From Octopus vulgaris (taxonomy: Eukaryota), in the NCBI GenBank assembly GCA_951406725.2, contig OX597820.1:54250001-54314000 (forward strand): a stretch of DNA of 64,000 nt, read 5' to 3'. The notes beneath the pieces are model-generated. The model searched no databases, was not told where the DNA came from, and saw only the letters and a program-made list of their open reading frames with translations. The translations under genes and the position numbers were made by a program. Positions 29,968 through 43,572 of this stretch are shown here, in pieces. Position 1 is the first letter of the stretch. Every line of letters starts with the position of its first letter.

Positions 29968-30945
29968 ATGCGTCCAGCTACGTTAAACGTTGCTCACAAA
30001 CGGTACCAACTAGCATCTGGCACCTCATGATACCAATCAAACTTTGATGGTGTCACTATCGTTGTTACTATTGCCGTTGTTGCTGTTCTTGCTGTTGTTG
30101 CTGCTGTTACTCACGTTGTAGGTATTGCTGTCGTTGTAGTTATTGTTGTAATTGTTGTTGTTGTTGTTGTTGTTACTGCTGCTGCTGAAGTTTGTCTTTG
30201 GTGTTGATGCTGAAGCTGAAGTAAGTTCTAGATGTGATGATGTTTAATTTTGTTGACAGTGATGATCACAACAGACAACAGGACAGTAGTGGGTGTTGGT
30301 GCTGGTGTTGGTGTTGGTGTTGGTAGAGTAGTTTGGAGATGGTAGTGTTGTTGATGCTGGTGTTGGAAGTGGTTTGGCGCTAGTGATGTCCCGGAATCGC
30401 AAGTGGTTGGGGACGGTGGTGGTGGTGATGGTGATGGTAGTGGTGGCCACGTTGGTGCTGGTGGTAGTGATACTGGTCTAACTAGACATGGTTTGGAGGT
30501 GGTGGTGGTATTGGTGAATTTGGTGATGTTTAGCCCAAGGTCAAACCTGATCTAAATGATCTAAACGACTACCTTGTCGTTTAAGGATTAAATAGAACCG
30601 TAAAGAGGGAGATTTGGCTGCTATGTCAGTGTTGTTCATAAAAGCTTTGGTGATGTTGATGATAGTGGTGGTATTAGTGGTCATGATGTCTAATTGTTGC
30701 TATTGTTGTCGTTGTTGTTAGTGGTGATCGCAATGGTGGTGGTGGTGGTTGTGGTGGTGGTAGCAGTGATAGCGGCGGTGGCGCCGTCGAAACCAGTGCT
30801 ATTTTCTGTGGGGATAAGAAAGAAGAAAACAAAACAAGGGTACATGAAAGAAGAAGAAGAAGAAGAAGAAGAAGAAGAAGAAGAAGAAGAAATGAAATAA
30901 TCAAAACTAGCTCGGACGAGCTTTATTTCTAGCTTTATTTCTATT

Positions 30946-30989
<44 letters not shown>

Positions 30990-31146
30990 CATTATTATTA
31001 TTATTATTTGTTATTATATTTCAACTAAAAGTTTACAACAGTAACGGGTGAGGTAGGAGACGGTAAGAGAAAGGGAAATACTGGTTGAATAGGTGGCGTG
31101 GTGTCGTTAGAGGTGGTGGTGGTGGTGGTGCATGCAGTTCTTAATT

Positions 31147-31192
<46 letters not shown>

Positions 31193-31722
31193 ACAAAAAG
31201 AATCGGACCCTCCCACCACCACCGCCACCACGATCGCATCTAAACCCACCACCATCACCCTCTATGTATTATCATAGTTGATAGTTGAGGTGACCTATAA
31301 TTGCATTACTATCATCCACTCTTAAGTCACCAACTAAAGCCAAAAATCTGCTTCAGACTACAATCTTGATGTACTTGTGAATATATATATATACGTATAT
31401 ATATATATACATACATACATACATATATATATATACATACACACATATATACACACATACAACCGTATATACATACATACACACATACACACATACATAC
31501 ATACATACATACATACATACATTTATACCTAGATACACACACATATATACATACATACATACATACATACATACATTTATACCTAGATACACACACATAT
31601 ATACATACATATCTATATATATATACATATATATATATATCTTATATACATACATATATATATATGTATATAAACATACGCATACACAGGCATACGCATA
31701 ATTATATATATATTTATATATT

Positions 31723-31768
<46 letters not shown>

Positions 31769-31826
31769 TATATATATATATATAAAACATACGCATAGAC
31801 ACGCATACACATAATTATATATATAC

Positions 31827-31901
<75 letters not shown>

Positions 31902-32426
31902 CATACATATATGTATGTGTGTATGTATGAGCATGCATGTATATACTTATGCGTTTGTGGTTAAGTATATATGTGCACGTATATGAAGTGACCGCGTGTA
32001 AGTGAAAAAGAAAATTTAAAAAAAAAAAAAAAAATGTTCACTTCAGTTTTAAAGAGTAAACTTACTCAAGAGATTCAACCACCCGACCACACTTATTGCG
32101 ACACCCCAGCATATTTAAATTGTACAGTACATTAGTGTACATACGTCAAGCCGGGTACGCTGTAAGGAGTACTTAAGCTGTTAGCGATATACAAGGCGCG
32201 TACGGATAAAACAAACTGATGCTGGCACACGCAACGATAGTGCGTGTTGCGTCAAAGACAAGCATAGAAAAGACAAACAAAATACTGGATGAAAACGGGC
32301 GGTGTGCAATACAGGCAAGCACTGAATCTGGGTGATAGTGTATCGGCATCTAGAGCAAAGACTGTTGGGCTGGGGTTTTAAGCTGGGCATTTAATTCGGG
32401 CAGTCACTTTTCCTTATAATTATTAT

Positions 32427-32458
32427 ATGGATATCAGGAAGCAGTTTGGAAGATTAAG
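32427..32458 (+). CDS. MYRF: MYRF candidate first coding exon (MDIRKQFGRL-R)
   Basis: ATG at 32427 at the end of a non-repetitive island (~32050-32460). Strong donor AAG|GTAAGT, phase 2, matches the phase-2 acceptor at 38328. Little homology support. Confidence 0.55.
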
Positions 32459-32561
32459 GTAAGTACACTTTTTGGAACGTATACACAAATGAACGCAAAA
32501 TCACAAACACACATGATCTCACGCACACAAACACACGTGCGTAGTGTTTATATATGTACAT

Positions 32562-32592
<31 letters not shown>

Positions 32593-33274
32593 CATACATA
32601 TGTAGATACATAGGCGCATACATAAAATTAGATCTACTATAACTGTTTGTTCATGTACAGCATCATAACTTCGCATCTCTATGTATGTATATATATATAA
32701 TATACATGCATATACACATGTGTGTGCGTGCGTGCGTGTGTGTGAGCGCGCACGTGTTTGTGTATGTATGTATGTATGTATGTATGTATGTATGTATGTA
32801 TGTATGTATGTATGTATGTATGTATAAATGTTTGTATTCATATACAGTTATATATGAAAAAGAAAAACAGTCAAGCATTCATTGACGGTTCCCTTAATAC
32901 ATTTAAGCATTTGAGTACCCATTGTGAGAAAGGCAACTAAATTGAGACTTCGAAGTCACATTCAACCCTTTGTTTTTGATTTTTGTTTTTTTGTTTGTTT
33001 ATTTTTGGTTTTTTGTTGTTGTTGTTTTTTGGGGGGTTTTTTGTAAACATACATATTTTCATTTTTGACACGTAAATTTTGCATTCCCACCGCAAAAAAA
33101 CTTAAAAGGGAACTCAAAAAAGCTGAGTCTTGAAAAAATGCATAAAGTATACTATTGTATATTGAGTACATCTTTCTGTCTTTCTCAAACGCCTGAGAGC
33201 CGACATATGTGTATATTATAATACATTATATTATATATATACATGTATATATATATATATATACATATTCTCAC

Positions 33275-33661
33275 TTTTATTCTTTTACTTGTGTCAGTCC
33301 TTTGACTGCGGCCATGCTGGAGCACCACCTTTAATCGAGAAAATCGACCCCAGGCCTTATTTTTTGTAAGCCTAGTACTTATTCTATCGGTCTCTTTTGC
33401 CGAACCGCTAAATTACGGGACGTAAACACACCAGCATCGGTTGTCAAGCGATGTTGTGGGTACAAACACAGACACACAAACACACACACACATATATACG
33501 ACGGGCTTCTTTTCAGTTTCCGTCTACCAAATCCACTCACAAGGTTTGATCGGCCCGAGGCTATAGTAGAAGACACTTGCTCAAGGTGCCACGCAGTGGG
33601 ACTGAACCCGAAACCATGTAGTTGGTAAGCAAGCTACTTACCACACAGCCACTCCTGCGCC
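33275..33661 (-). mobile_element. Full-length SINE family A, antisense in MYRF intron 1
   Basis: Reverse complement of the 24257 and 59760 copies. Confidence 0.9.
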
Positions 33662-33830
33662 TATATACATACATATGTATGTATATATATATATATATAT
33701 ATAGGCACACACATATATACACACACACACACACACACATATATACACACACACATACATTTATATACACATATATGTAAACTTATATCTATATGCATAT
33801 ACAGATAGCATGCATGCATACATACATACA

Positions 33831-33862
<32 letters not shown>

Positions 33863-34497
33863 CACAGTATTTATTGTACCAGTATCTGAGCTTAATCATT
33901 AACTACAGGATTGCAATCTGGTCTACGTTTCAATGTATTCGATCAGCGATCGTCAGGAGGCATCATATTCCTGGATATCTATCATTTTGTCAGATAAGTT
34001 CGTTCGTTTTTTGTGTTTTTTTACATGACATTCTATAGTTATACGGATAAACACAGTTTGTAAAGGAAGTATAGAGGTACATAAAAAAAAAACATAAAAT
34101 ATTACGATCATTTTCTTTATGTATGTGTGTTTTCACTGAAATAATATTGGAAATGTTATAAAGAAAGAAAAAGTTTAAAAACGAACGAATTTATCTTATA
34201 ACCCAATGCAGAGAAAAGGGCTGTATTTGAACAATGAGTCTTCATTTTTAACTATTTGTAGTTATGCTGTTTTCCACTAAGTGTAAGAGAATTCCTACAA
34301 ATACTTCAGAAATAAATATTCGTAGTTCGAATGCAGTCATATACATATCAGAGGATAAGACACCTGATGACGCTCGGATATCAAACTGATCGAAATGTAG
34401 TGCAGACTTAAATATTAAGTGATATTTTGTTATTTCTAAAGATGAGGTTAATAGTTCGAAAAATTATATATATGTAGAATTAGATACAGATTTACAG

Positions 34498-34541
<44 letters not shown>

Positions 34542-34702
34542 TACATACATATATACACCTCTTTCTTTAACTATTTGCTCATTCTGACTATGCGCCGAGG
34601 ATATGACTGATCAAAATAAAATCAAAAATTCAAATCAAGAGACGATTTGCCCATGTGCATTAGTGAGTCCGCGTGTGTACCTGTCCACCTGTATGTGTAT
34701 AG

Positions 34703-34734
<32 letters not shown>

Positions 34735-35471
34735 AGTGTGTGTGTGTGTATGTGTGTGTTTGTGTGTGTGTTTATACCTATATCTATTTTTTTCTCTCCC
34801 TCTCTCTCCATATGTGTGTGTGTGTGTGTGTGTGTGTTTATATAATAGCCGATACAAATGTTGTTTAGCAGGTTGATTTTTCCACTCAGTCTTTATATCG
34901 CATAGAGAGAGGTAGAAAGAGGGTCGGAAGAGTATAAGATAGATACTGAGAGAGCTGCAGGGTAAGTGCACACACTGGGCTTGATGGCAGATAATGAGTA
35001 AAGGAAATATAAGTATACGCAGTTTGAGAAAGAATCGTAAAAAAGTGAAGAAGGAGAAAAAAAGTTAGGAAGAGGAAGAATAGGAGGAAGAGGAAGATGA
35101 TGAGGAAAAGGAGGAAGATGAGGAAATGACACAGTAGCTGGTTGTATATGAAAAATACTCTGCAAAAGTCAATACTCCTTGTAATGGGTATTTTCTTTAG
35201 ACACATTTCAAGCCGCTCATCAGCAGAGTATATCTATTTTTTATTGGGATCAATTACTTAGGCATTTGCTAACTTAAGAATTTTTAGCAAAGCGTTCCAG
35301 ATTAATATACAAATGCTTCAATAAAACTAACATACTTTTGGTTCCACGGCAAATATCAGAAAACATGGCAAATATACAATATTTATAATTCAACTTAAAT
35401 TTAAATTACCCATGATGGCCAAAATTTACTTTCAAAAATACACCTTATACGACGAGTAACACATTAGCATA

Positions 35472-36320
35472 TACGAGGGAGTACCCAAAACTAACTGGAA
35501 ACGTTCTCTGTGGGACAAGACCGTTGTAGTTCAGGCTCCCACCGCTAGAAGCCACTTGATGCGATCCTCAGGCATCAGTCTGCCGACCGGTGTTGTTCAG
35601 GGGGGTCGTACTGCCATGTGGTGCGTCTTTGTTTTGCAGTGCTTCTCCCCAGTTCGTCGATTTTTGCGATGGCTGAAACGAAGGAATAGCGGGCTAACGT
35701 GAAATTCTGTTTTTTGGTGGGGAAAACGGTGGCCGAAACAGTTGGCATCCTTTGAACAGAACGCTGCCATGACCAAAACACAAGTTTGCGAGTGGTTTCC
35801 ACGCTTTAGGAATGGCCACTTGTCGCTTGAAGACCAACCCCGTTCAGGACAACCGTCAACCTCCCGAACAAATGAAAATATGAAAATTCATGAGCTTATC
35901 TTGGAGGACCGTCACCGAACAATTGTCGAACTTGATATGATTGGTGTGTCCTGGAGTTCTTGTCAACGAATTTTGAGAGAGGAATTGCGAATGAAAAGAG
36001 TTGCAGCAAAATTTGTGCCTCGCTTGCTCACGGAAGATCAAAAGGAGTCACGACTGAATGCGTGTCGGGAACTGAAAGAACAGTTGGAAGTTAATCTGGA
36101 CCTTTTTTTCGAAAGTCATCGCTGGTGCTACGGAATTTGCAAATGCGGAAGGGGTGAAAGAAACCAAGACAGAGGCGTTAAAAGGCATCACTTCGCAAGA
36201 GTTCCAACACTGCTTCGAATACTGGAATACGCGCCTCGACCGATGCATTGTTTCAAATGGAGGATATTTTGAAGGCAATAAATGTGTAAATATGTAAAAT
36301 TAAGTGAATAAAATAATCTT
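35472..36320 (+). mobile_element. Internally deleted mariner element
   Basis: TACGAGGGAGTACCCAAAA left end. WFPRFRNG..SLEDQPRSGQP and KRVAAKFVPRLLTEDQK are present, then the sequence jumps to the C-terminal CFEYW...RCIVSNGGYFEG. The catalytic domain is missing. Confidence 0.9.
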
Positions 36321-36485
36321 GCAATATATATGTTTGTTTGTTTGTGTGTGTGTGTGTGTGTGTATACAAATATATATACATATATATTTACATATATCGA
36401 TACATACATGTGTGTATGATACAAACATATATAAATACGTAAATGTATGTGTGTGTGTGTGTGTGTATGTGCGTGTATACATACG

Positions 36486-36520
<35 letters not shown>

Positions 36521-37289
36521 TACTCAAAGAAATTGCAACTTTGATTTTCATATTTTATTAAACAATCTGCAATAATATAATGTAAGATGTAATGTCCATT
36601 CTGATTGAACTAGTACTTTCATGCATTAAACTATACAATCTTCAGGTTCATATAGTAGTGATGACAGTTATGTTTTAAAGTTTACAACTATGTTCCTCAA
36701 ATACATTTGTATAGGCTCCAGGATGTTAATTTTTGCAAACAGTGTTCTGACCAATCAGTGTGAGATTTTACTAAATTACTTAAGTTGATTGGTGTTTGGA
36801 TTAGTTGGAATTTGTTTCAGTAATATGTTCTTCTATACACAATCATATACACCTGTATATATATGTGTGTGATTGTGAAATCTTGTATCTCTGCCGTAAA
36901 GCTTCATTTCCACACACGCCAGCTTAATTCAATTAGTCCTTAGTCGAAAGACACCTGTTGTTATGCCCTGTTATTATTTTAGTGTATTTGTATTTGTGTA
37001 ACATTATCCGTTTTTTCCCGTCCTTGTTTTTGTATACATTCGCTGCTTTTTTCCAAGGAATCTAATGCTCTTAGCTTAGTTTTTCCTTTGGGCTGGCCAG
37101 ATTGGAGCAATCTCAAGTATAATCAGCCAAAATTGCGAGGATAATCTGGTGCTTGACTGAGGAAAGAAAACTTCGAATGACCCGTCCTTGTTTTCTTTGC
37201 ATCGTCTATCTGGATGTTTTGTTGTCCCATTTTTGCATCACCTATCTGTCCGGATGTTTTACGTTCTTCTGTTCTTCTCCCACTTTATA

Positions 37290-37351
<62 letters not shown>

Positions 37352-37564
37352 CAGTTAGTTAAAATAGGTAGTTTAAATGTTTTGTTTTCTCTTTTCGCTT
37401 AAAAAATGTAATGCTTAAATATTTGTTTGCATGTGCGTTGTTTTTCGGTGTTAGGAAAAATGAGGGTGTGTGCGTATGTGTATATAAGTATTACAAAAAC
37501 GAATAAGAGTGTATCAAAAAGCAAACAGAGTAAGTTCTTTATGCATTGAAACTATCCCCGTTTC

Positions 37565-37878
<314 letters not shown>

Positions 37879-38184
37879 CTTTCTTTATTGGCCACACAGG
37901 GCTGGACACAGAGGGGACAATTACAAATGTAGAATTAATTGAATACGATTGACAAAAACTAGTTATAAGCAAACTGCGACTCGCAGGGGCTTTGTAAGTG
38001 ATACACCACGTGAAAAATTACCTTGAATGCTTTTAGTAGTGCGGCTCGCTTGATGATGATCTATGTTTTATGTGGCTCGTTACTCGAAAACGTTGACCAA
38101 ACCTTACATAAACATTTTTTTCTCTTCATACACATAAAGAGAAATACATACATGCATAATCAGAAAGAGAACGAGTGAAACGTC

Positions 38185-38273
38185 TGACGTCAAGTCAGCA
38201 TCGAATAAACGACGGCCAATAGGCGGTCCGAGTTAACTATCTTGCATTAAACTATCACTGGTAGTTATAAATA
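38185..38273 (+). promoter_or_regulatory. Candidate intronic promoter: CRE, CCAAT and TATA cluster
   Basis: TGACGTCA 38185-38192, CCAAT 38216-38220 and TATAAATA 38266-38273, in canonical order just upstream of exon 2. Confidence 0.4.
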
Positions 38274-38327
38274 TATGAAACTGTCACCATTTTTAGTCCA
38301 AATAAATCCTTGTTTGTTTCATTTCAG

Positions 38328-38618
38328 ATATTTCCCTGGTGACCTAATCTCAGCTGTGACATACAATAACGGTTTACAAGAGAGTCTGGTCGGAGCCGAC
38401 TCATCCTCGTGTGCGAACCATGGAGCCGGCGGATCTCTCAGTGGTGGCAATCACAATCAATTAAAGATCAACTCATCACAGCAGGGTCTACATCCTCTTG
38501 ACATTCATCACAGCCACCCCTCAAATTGTGCAGCAGCAGTTACTACAGCAACAGCTGCAGGCATGTACTGCATTACTGCTGCAAATCCAAATGTCATCAG
38601 CTTTAAGAACAATGCAAC
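38328..38618 (+). CDS. MYRF: MYRF exon 2, N-terminal low-complexity region (RYFPGDLISAVTYNN...NNAT)
   Basis: Acceptor tgtttgtttcatttcag|A, open frame, donor AC|GTAAAT. 291 nt, phase 2 to 2, compatible with both neighbours. Confidence 0.7.
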
Positions 38619-39189
38619 GTAAATACACATATCCTAGCAGTTTTTTATTGGCATGTCTCCTTAAATATTTCACCCAATATATTTCTAATACGCTCCACTT
38701 TGCCATTTCTGACACTCTAACTCTGTCTACTTTTTACTCTCCTGCTCCCACTATCCATAAATTTATATATATATATATTTATAATGTATGTGTGTCTGTA
38801 TATGTCTGCATGTGTGTGTATGTATGTATGTATGTATGTATGTATGTATGTATGTATGTATGTATGTATGTATTATCTAAGCATCCAACCTGTTGTGCAT
38901 GCATTCCTCCATGCATGTTTCTATGCATGACTGTAGCTATCAATCAATATGTCTATCTTGTTTGCATATCTGAGACCTCTGTATATCTAGCTAGAACATG
39001 AACTTGAACTCAGAGTACAGAAACTCACAACACATACTGCAAGATATTCTAACCGATGCTCCAACGATTCTGCCAATTTTCCACCATATGCCTACCTACC
39101 TACCTACCTACCTACCTACATACATACATACATACATACATACATACATACATACATACATACATACATACATACATACATACATACAT

Positions 39190-39570
39190 GATGGACGTCC
39201 ACTAGTAACCGAGGAAGATCATTGGTGATCTTCAGAAACACTGTGCTCTCTAGGACTAACTTATATTTTGCATTTGCGACTCTGTTGGAGGCTAATAAGC
39301 CCTACTCTTGACAAGCATACACGACTGCAAACATTGCAAACCAAGCTTTCTCCATTCACTACACCAGCAGTGCGCTTTCGAGCAGCACGCTTAAGTTCTC
39401 TATGCAGAATTTGTGCTCTCTCAAAAGTGTCGGCTCCCCTCCTTAACCTGCTTCCTCCATCTGTGACAGGCTGTGCTCTTCCAGTCAGTCTCCTGAATAT
39501 CACAGGCATTTAATGAGGTTTTGACACAGTCCTTAAATCGCAGCCTTGGTTTCTGCCGGTGCCTCTTTCC
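39190..39570 (-). mobile_element. RTE (BovB-like) LINE 3' end
   Basis: RMKDNRIPKQMLY.EL..GKR..QKPRLRFKD and C-terminal CNVCSRVCLSRVGLIS. Confidence 0.88.
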
Positions 39571-39979
39571 ATTCACAAGTTCCACATATAGCATCTGCTT
39601 AGGGATCCTGTTATCTTTCATTCTAATACATACATACAGTACACACTCACACACACGATCATATATATATACATACATACACACATACACACACTCGCTC
39701 ACACACGCATAGAGAGGGTTTAAATGCGAGTTACTATAAGTTTCATACCTCCTGATAATACAATGGTCGGATGAGCGTGCATTTTCAGACAATAATTCAG
39801 GTTCATAATAATGGCTGTTCTTTTAGAAAAGGAGAGAAGTAATGAGAAAGAACGAGGGGGTGGAAAGTAAATGAAAACGGGAACGAAGAAAAAGAAGTAC
39901 GGAGTGATGGGAGATAAGAGTTGCATCCTTTTTGCCCGTTAGAATGGGAATTGATACGATTAAAGTTGGTAAGACTGCA

Positions 39980-40500
39980 TACTTAATCCTGCTCAATAAT
40001 AGAAACTTATCCCGATTCTCACATTTAGTGAAATTTTCAGATCTAGAATTCAGGAGGTCGGTAGAGTTCTTAGATTTAAAAAGGATAGGAGATTTTTCGG
40101 CTATACAAAGCTTGCACCTACTTGAGTCATTAGCGTATGGCATGGATCGTTCTACAATGCTCCACTTGATGGTATGTGGTATACCGTTGGCCCAGAAGTC
40201 ACAGACATCGCCAGCTAACTTAGTGATTTTCTCCTTACTTGTCAGAAAGAAGACTGATTGTTTGTATACCTATTTTTAAAGTCACTTTTTCTTTTCAGTT
40301 TCGTTATTTTATGGAACTGAGGTAGCCATAACTTCGTCAGCTACTGAGTTAACCACACATGTCTACAGTTACATTTTGACGTAGGTGCCTGATCTTAGCT
40401 GCGCGTAATAACATTTTTCCTATTGGGACAGTATCTGTCCCAATATAAACGTCTATTTAAAGATATTTTATACCTATGGTTATCCGAGAAATGCTTACCT
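39980..40500 (-). mobile_element. Penelope-like element GIY-YIG C-terminal remnant
   Basis: PYANDSSRCKLCIAEK...LLNSRSE..TKC.NRDKFLL matches the PLE C-terminal CxLC..EK...LNKRSE motif. Confidence 0.8.
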
Positions 40501-40527
40501 GTCAAGACAATGAATTTTCTACCTCTT

Positions 40528-40634
<107 letters not shown>

Positions 40635-40707
40635 AGAAATATGACTAGTCTTGTTTCCTTCACTTTGGAATTTGCCTAAGCGTGTTCGAATAAAGGAAAG
40701 TCTTGGG

Positions 40708-40758
<51 letters not shown>

Positions 40759-41940
40759 GTGTGTGTGTGTGTGCGTGTGTGTGCGTGTGTGTGTGTTGTG
40801 CATGCGTGACGGGTTGGGGTGATAAAATAACCTCGGACAGAGAATGGTAATGGTTAAGTGTAAGATTTATCTGTCAAACGGGTGCTAAGAAAGACTTGAA
40901 TTACTTCAGAATATAAAGGTGAAATTGGGAGGTAGCATTAGGATAGAGAGTGGATGTTATGTAAATAGAGAAACACGGAGAGCGAGAAACCGGAACGTTT
41001 GAGAGACGAAATAACTAGAGAACTGTCAAGATCGTTGACTTAGAGCAGGTTTTATGGACAGGTGAGAAGAAAGAGAGGCAGAGAGGCGAGTAGATGAAAG
41101 GAAGCTAGATAAAGTAAACAGACATCTTTTTCATAAACCATTTTCTTTTTGTTATTTTATTTATTACTTCACGTTGGATCACTTTTTATTTGTCTTTCTC
41201 TTACTTAGCAGTTAATCTATCATACAGAGGGAGATAAATCCATCGTATATTAATCCGAATGATCTCTCTTCCATCCCTCTGAAACACTCATGATATACAT
41301 AACTTTATTAAGCTTCTATTTTCTTCCGTTACAAAAAGTCTTACTTAGGACTGTAAACTGTGATTTGTGGGAGATTTTGCTGTTATTTTGATGTTGTTAA
41401 GAGTGTTGGTGATCATCATCACGATGATAGTGATATTAATGATGACAGTTGTGGCCGTACTATTTTCTATAAAACTAAGTAAGACGGGAAAAAAAAAGGG
41501 AGGGTTCGTATAATGCTTTTTATAAAGCTACAAAGCCTGAAATTTTGAGGGAGGGGACAAGTCGATTATATCAATCCTAGTATTTCACGGGTATTTAATT
41601 TATTGACCCCGAAAGGATAAAAGGCAAAGTCACCCACAGTGGAATTTGAACTCAAAACGTAAAGACGAGCGAATGGAATGCCTCTAAGCATTTTTGCCTA
41701 GATGGCCAACGATTCTGCCAGCCCAGCTCCTTAACGGACACGACTATATATTGACATGTTGTTTTTGTATTTCTCTGTTCTATAATATTTTCTACATTTT
41801 CAGTCTTCCTCAGATCTGCGTGCTCTCAATATTTGCATAAATATGACTCTGTGTAATCCTTTCAGGGCTCGTATAATTAAATGTATCGACGCTTGATACT
41901 TACGTTGAAACTACTACTACTACTACTGCCGCCGCTGCTG

Positions 41941-42000
<60 letters not shown>

Positions 42001-42224
42001 AATTACTCTATATATTGTACCATCTGGTAGTTATATAATCATGCGTGACAAAAAGTGCAAACATGGCCGTCGTTTAGTTTTGAAGTTCGCTTCTGAATAA
42101 CTTGTTTTGTGGTTTCTAGTTTGATACCACTGTGCGGCACCTTGAGCAAGTGTTTTCTGTTAAATCTTCAACTCGACCAACGCCTTGTGAATGAATTTGA
42201 CAGACGGAAACTGTATGGAAGCTA

Positions 42225-42259
<35 letters not shown>

Positions 42260-42598
42260 GTATGTGTTTATGTGTCATTGTGTTTGTGTCCACCGCTCCG
42301 CCGCTTGACAACTGGTATTAGTTTCCTTATGTACTGGTGACTTACCAATTCGGCCTAAGTTACCGATAGAATAAGAATCAGACTTTAAAATGCAGGTACT
42401 GGTATCGGCTTACTCGATTAAACTCTTCAAGGCGGTACTCCAGCATGGCTGCAGTCCACTGACTGAAACAAATAAACGGGAAAGAAAACAGAAACTGTGA
42501 GAATCCGTTCCGATTGACTGTGCCTTCTATTGAGTCCTACACTCAATCTATCTTCGGATTAACACCACCATTTGACTGGCTTTTGTGTGTCATTATTT

Positions 42599-42852
42599 CA
42601 GTGGTTTTCAACTGGGGTCCATATGGCGCTTGGGGGTTTGCATAAGATTTTGTTGTGAAAAATTATGTACAATAAATTGGTTGCACTTCTACAACACAAT
42701 TTATTTTAATTTTTTTAATACAATTTCTAATATTTAATTATAAAAATTACAGTAAGATATTTTTATACATACAGCGAATGGTTGTGGAGATCTAGTAGAA
42801 TAAAATAGAAGCCAAAGGGGGTCCGTAGTCAAAAAATAGCTGAGAACCAATG
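42599..42852. mobile_element. hAT/Charlie-type MITE (inverted relative to the 7189 copy)
   Basis: CAGTGGTTTTCAACT...GCTGAGAACCAATG termini. Confidence 0.75.
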
Positions 42853-42860
42853 CTTTAGAT

Positions 42861-43176
42861 CAGTGCTTCTCAAACTATCTGATGTGGTGTACCGGCAGTT
42901 TTTTCCCAATGTACCAGGGACCGGTAATATTTCTTAGTAATATTAATTTATACCGGAAACAATATATATAATGAACATAATAAAAGTTGACAATAATACA
43001 ATATTACAATAATACAATTATACATAAACATTTTATAATACAATAATATAATACAATATTACAATACAATATTACACAAGTATTTTATATGTTTCTTTCT
43101 TTTCTGGAAACTCACCGGCTCGCTGATGGCTCGCGGACCGGCACCGGTCCGCAGACCACTACTTTGGCTAGCACTG
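42861..43176. mobile_element. hAT/Charlie MITE with an intact 8-bp TSD
   Basis: CAGTGCTTCTCAAA...TTTGGCTAGCACTG flanked by CTTTAGAT at 42853-42860 and 43177-43184. Confidence 0.9.
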
Positions 43177-43513
43177 CTTTAGATCTACTCTGTTGCAAGC
43201 ATTTGAAACGGCTTACCACCTGGAAATAACCAACGATTCTGAGCTTCTCCCACATTTACAGTCCAGTTTCTGTTAACGAAAATTTAAAGGAGAGAACAGA
43301 AAGCAAATGAGAGCGTATAAGAGACGAGAGAAGAGGAGAAAGAGAGAAATGGAAACGGAGAGTAAAGAGAGAAATAGAAACGGAGAGTAAAGAGAGAATA
43401 GGGAGAGGGTAAAAAATGAGTTGAATTTAAACTAGATTAAATGTTTGATATTTTATCGAACACTAATACGTTTAATTCCTTTAATTCTTTAATAATTAAT
43501 CTTTACTTTTCAG

Positions 43514-43572
43514 CTCCCTTCCAGACAGCCCTCCAGATTCAGAACCTTACTCTCCTTCAGACGAACAGCAAG
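43514..43572 (+). CDS. MYRF: MYRF exon 3 (SLPDSPPDSEPYSPSDEQQ)
   Basis: Acceptor ttacttttcag, donor G|GTACGT. The peptide matches the conserved MYRF LPDSPPDS..YSP motif (Fbxw7 phosphodegron region in vertebrates). Confidence 0.88.

Noticed and set aside
38560-38570. Alternative exon 2 donors (GC donor at CAG|GCATGT or AT|GTACTG)
   Set aside because: The GC site is the wrong phase for exon 3. GTACTG is in phase but weaker than AC|GTAAAT, and is not fully excluded.
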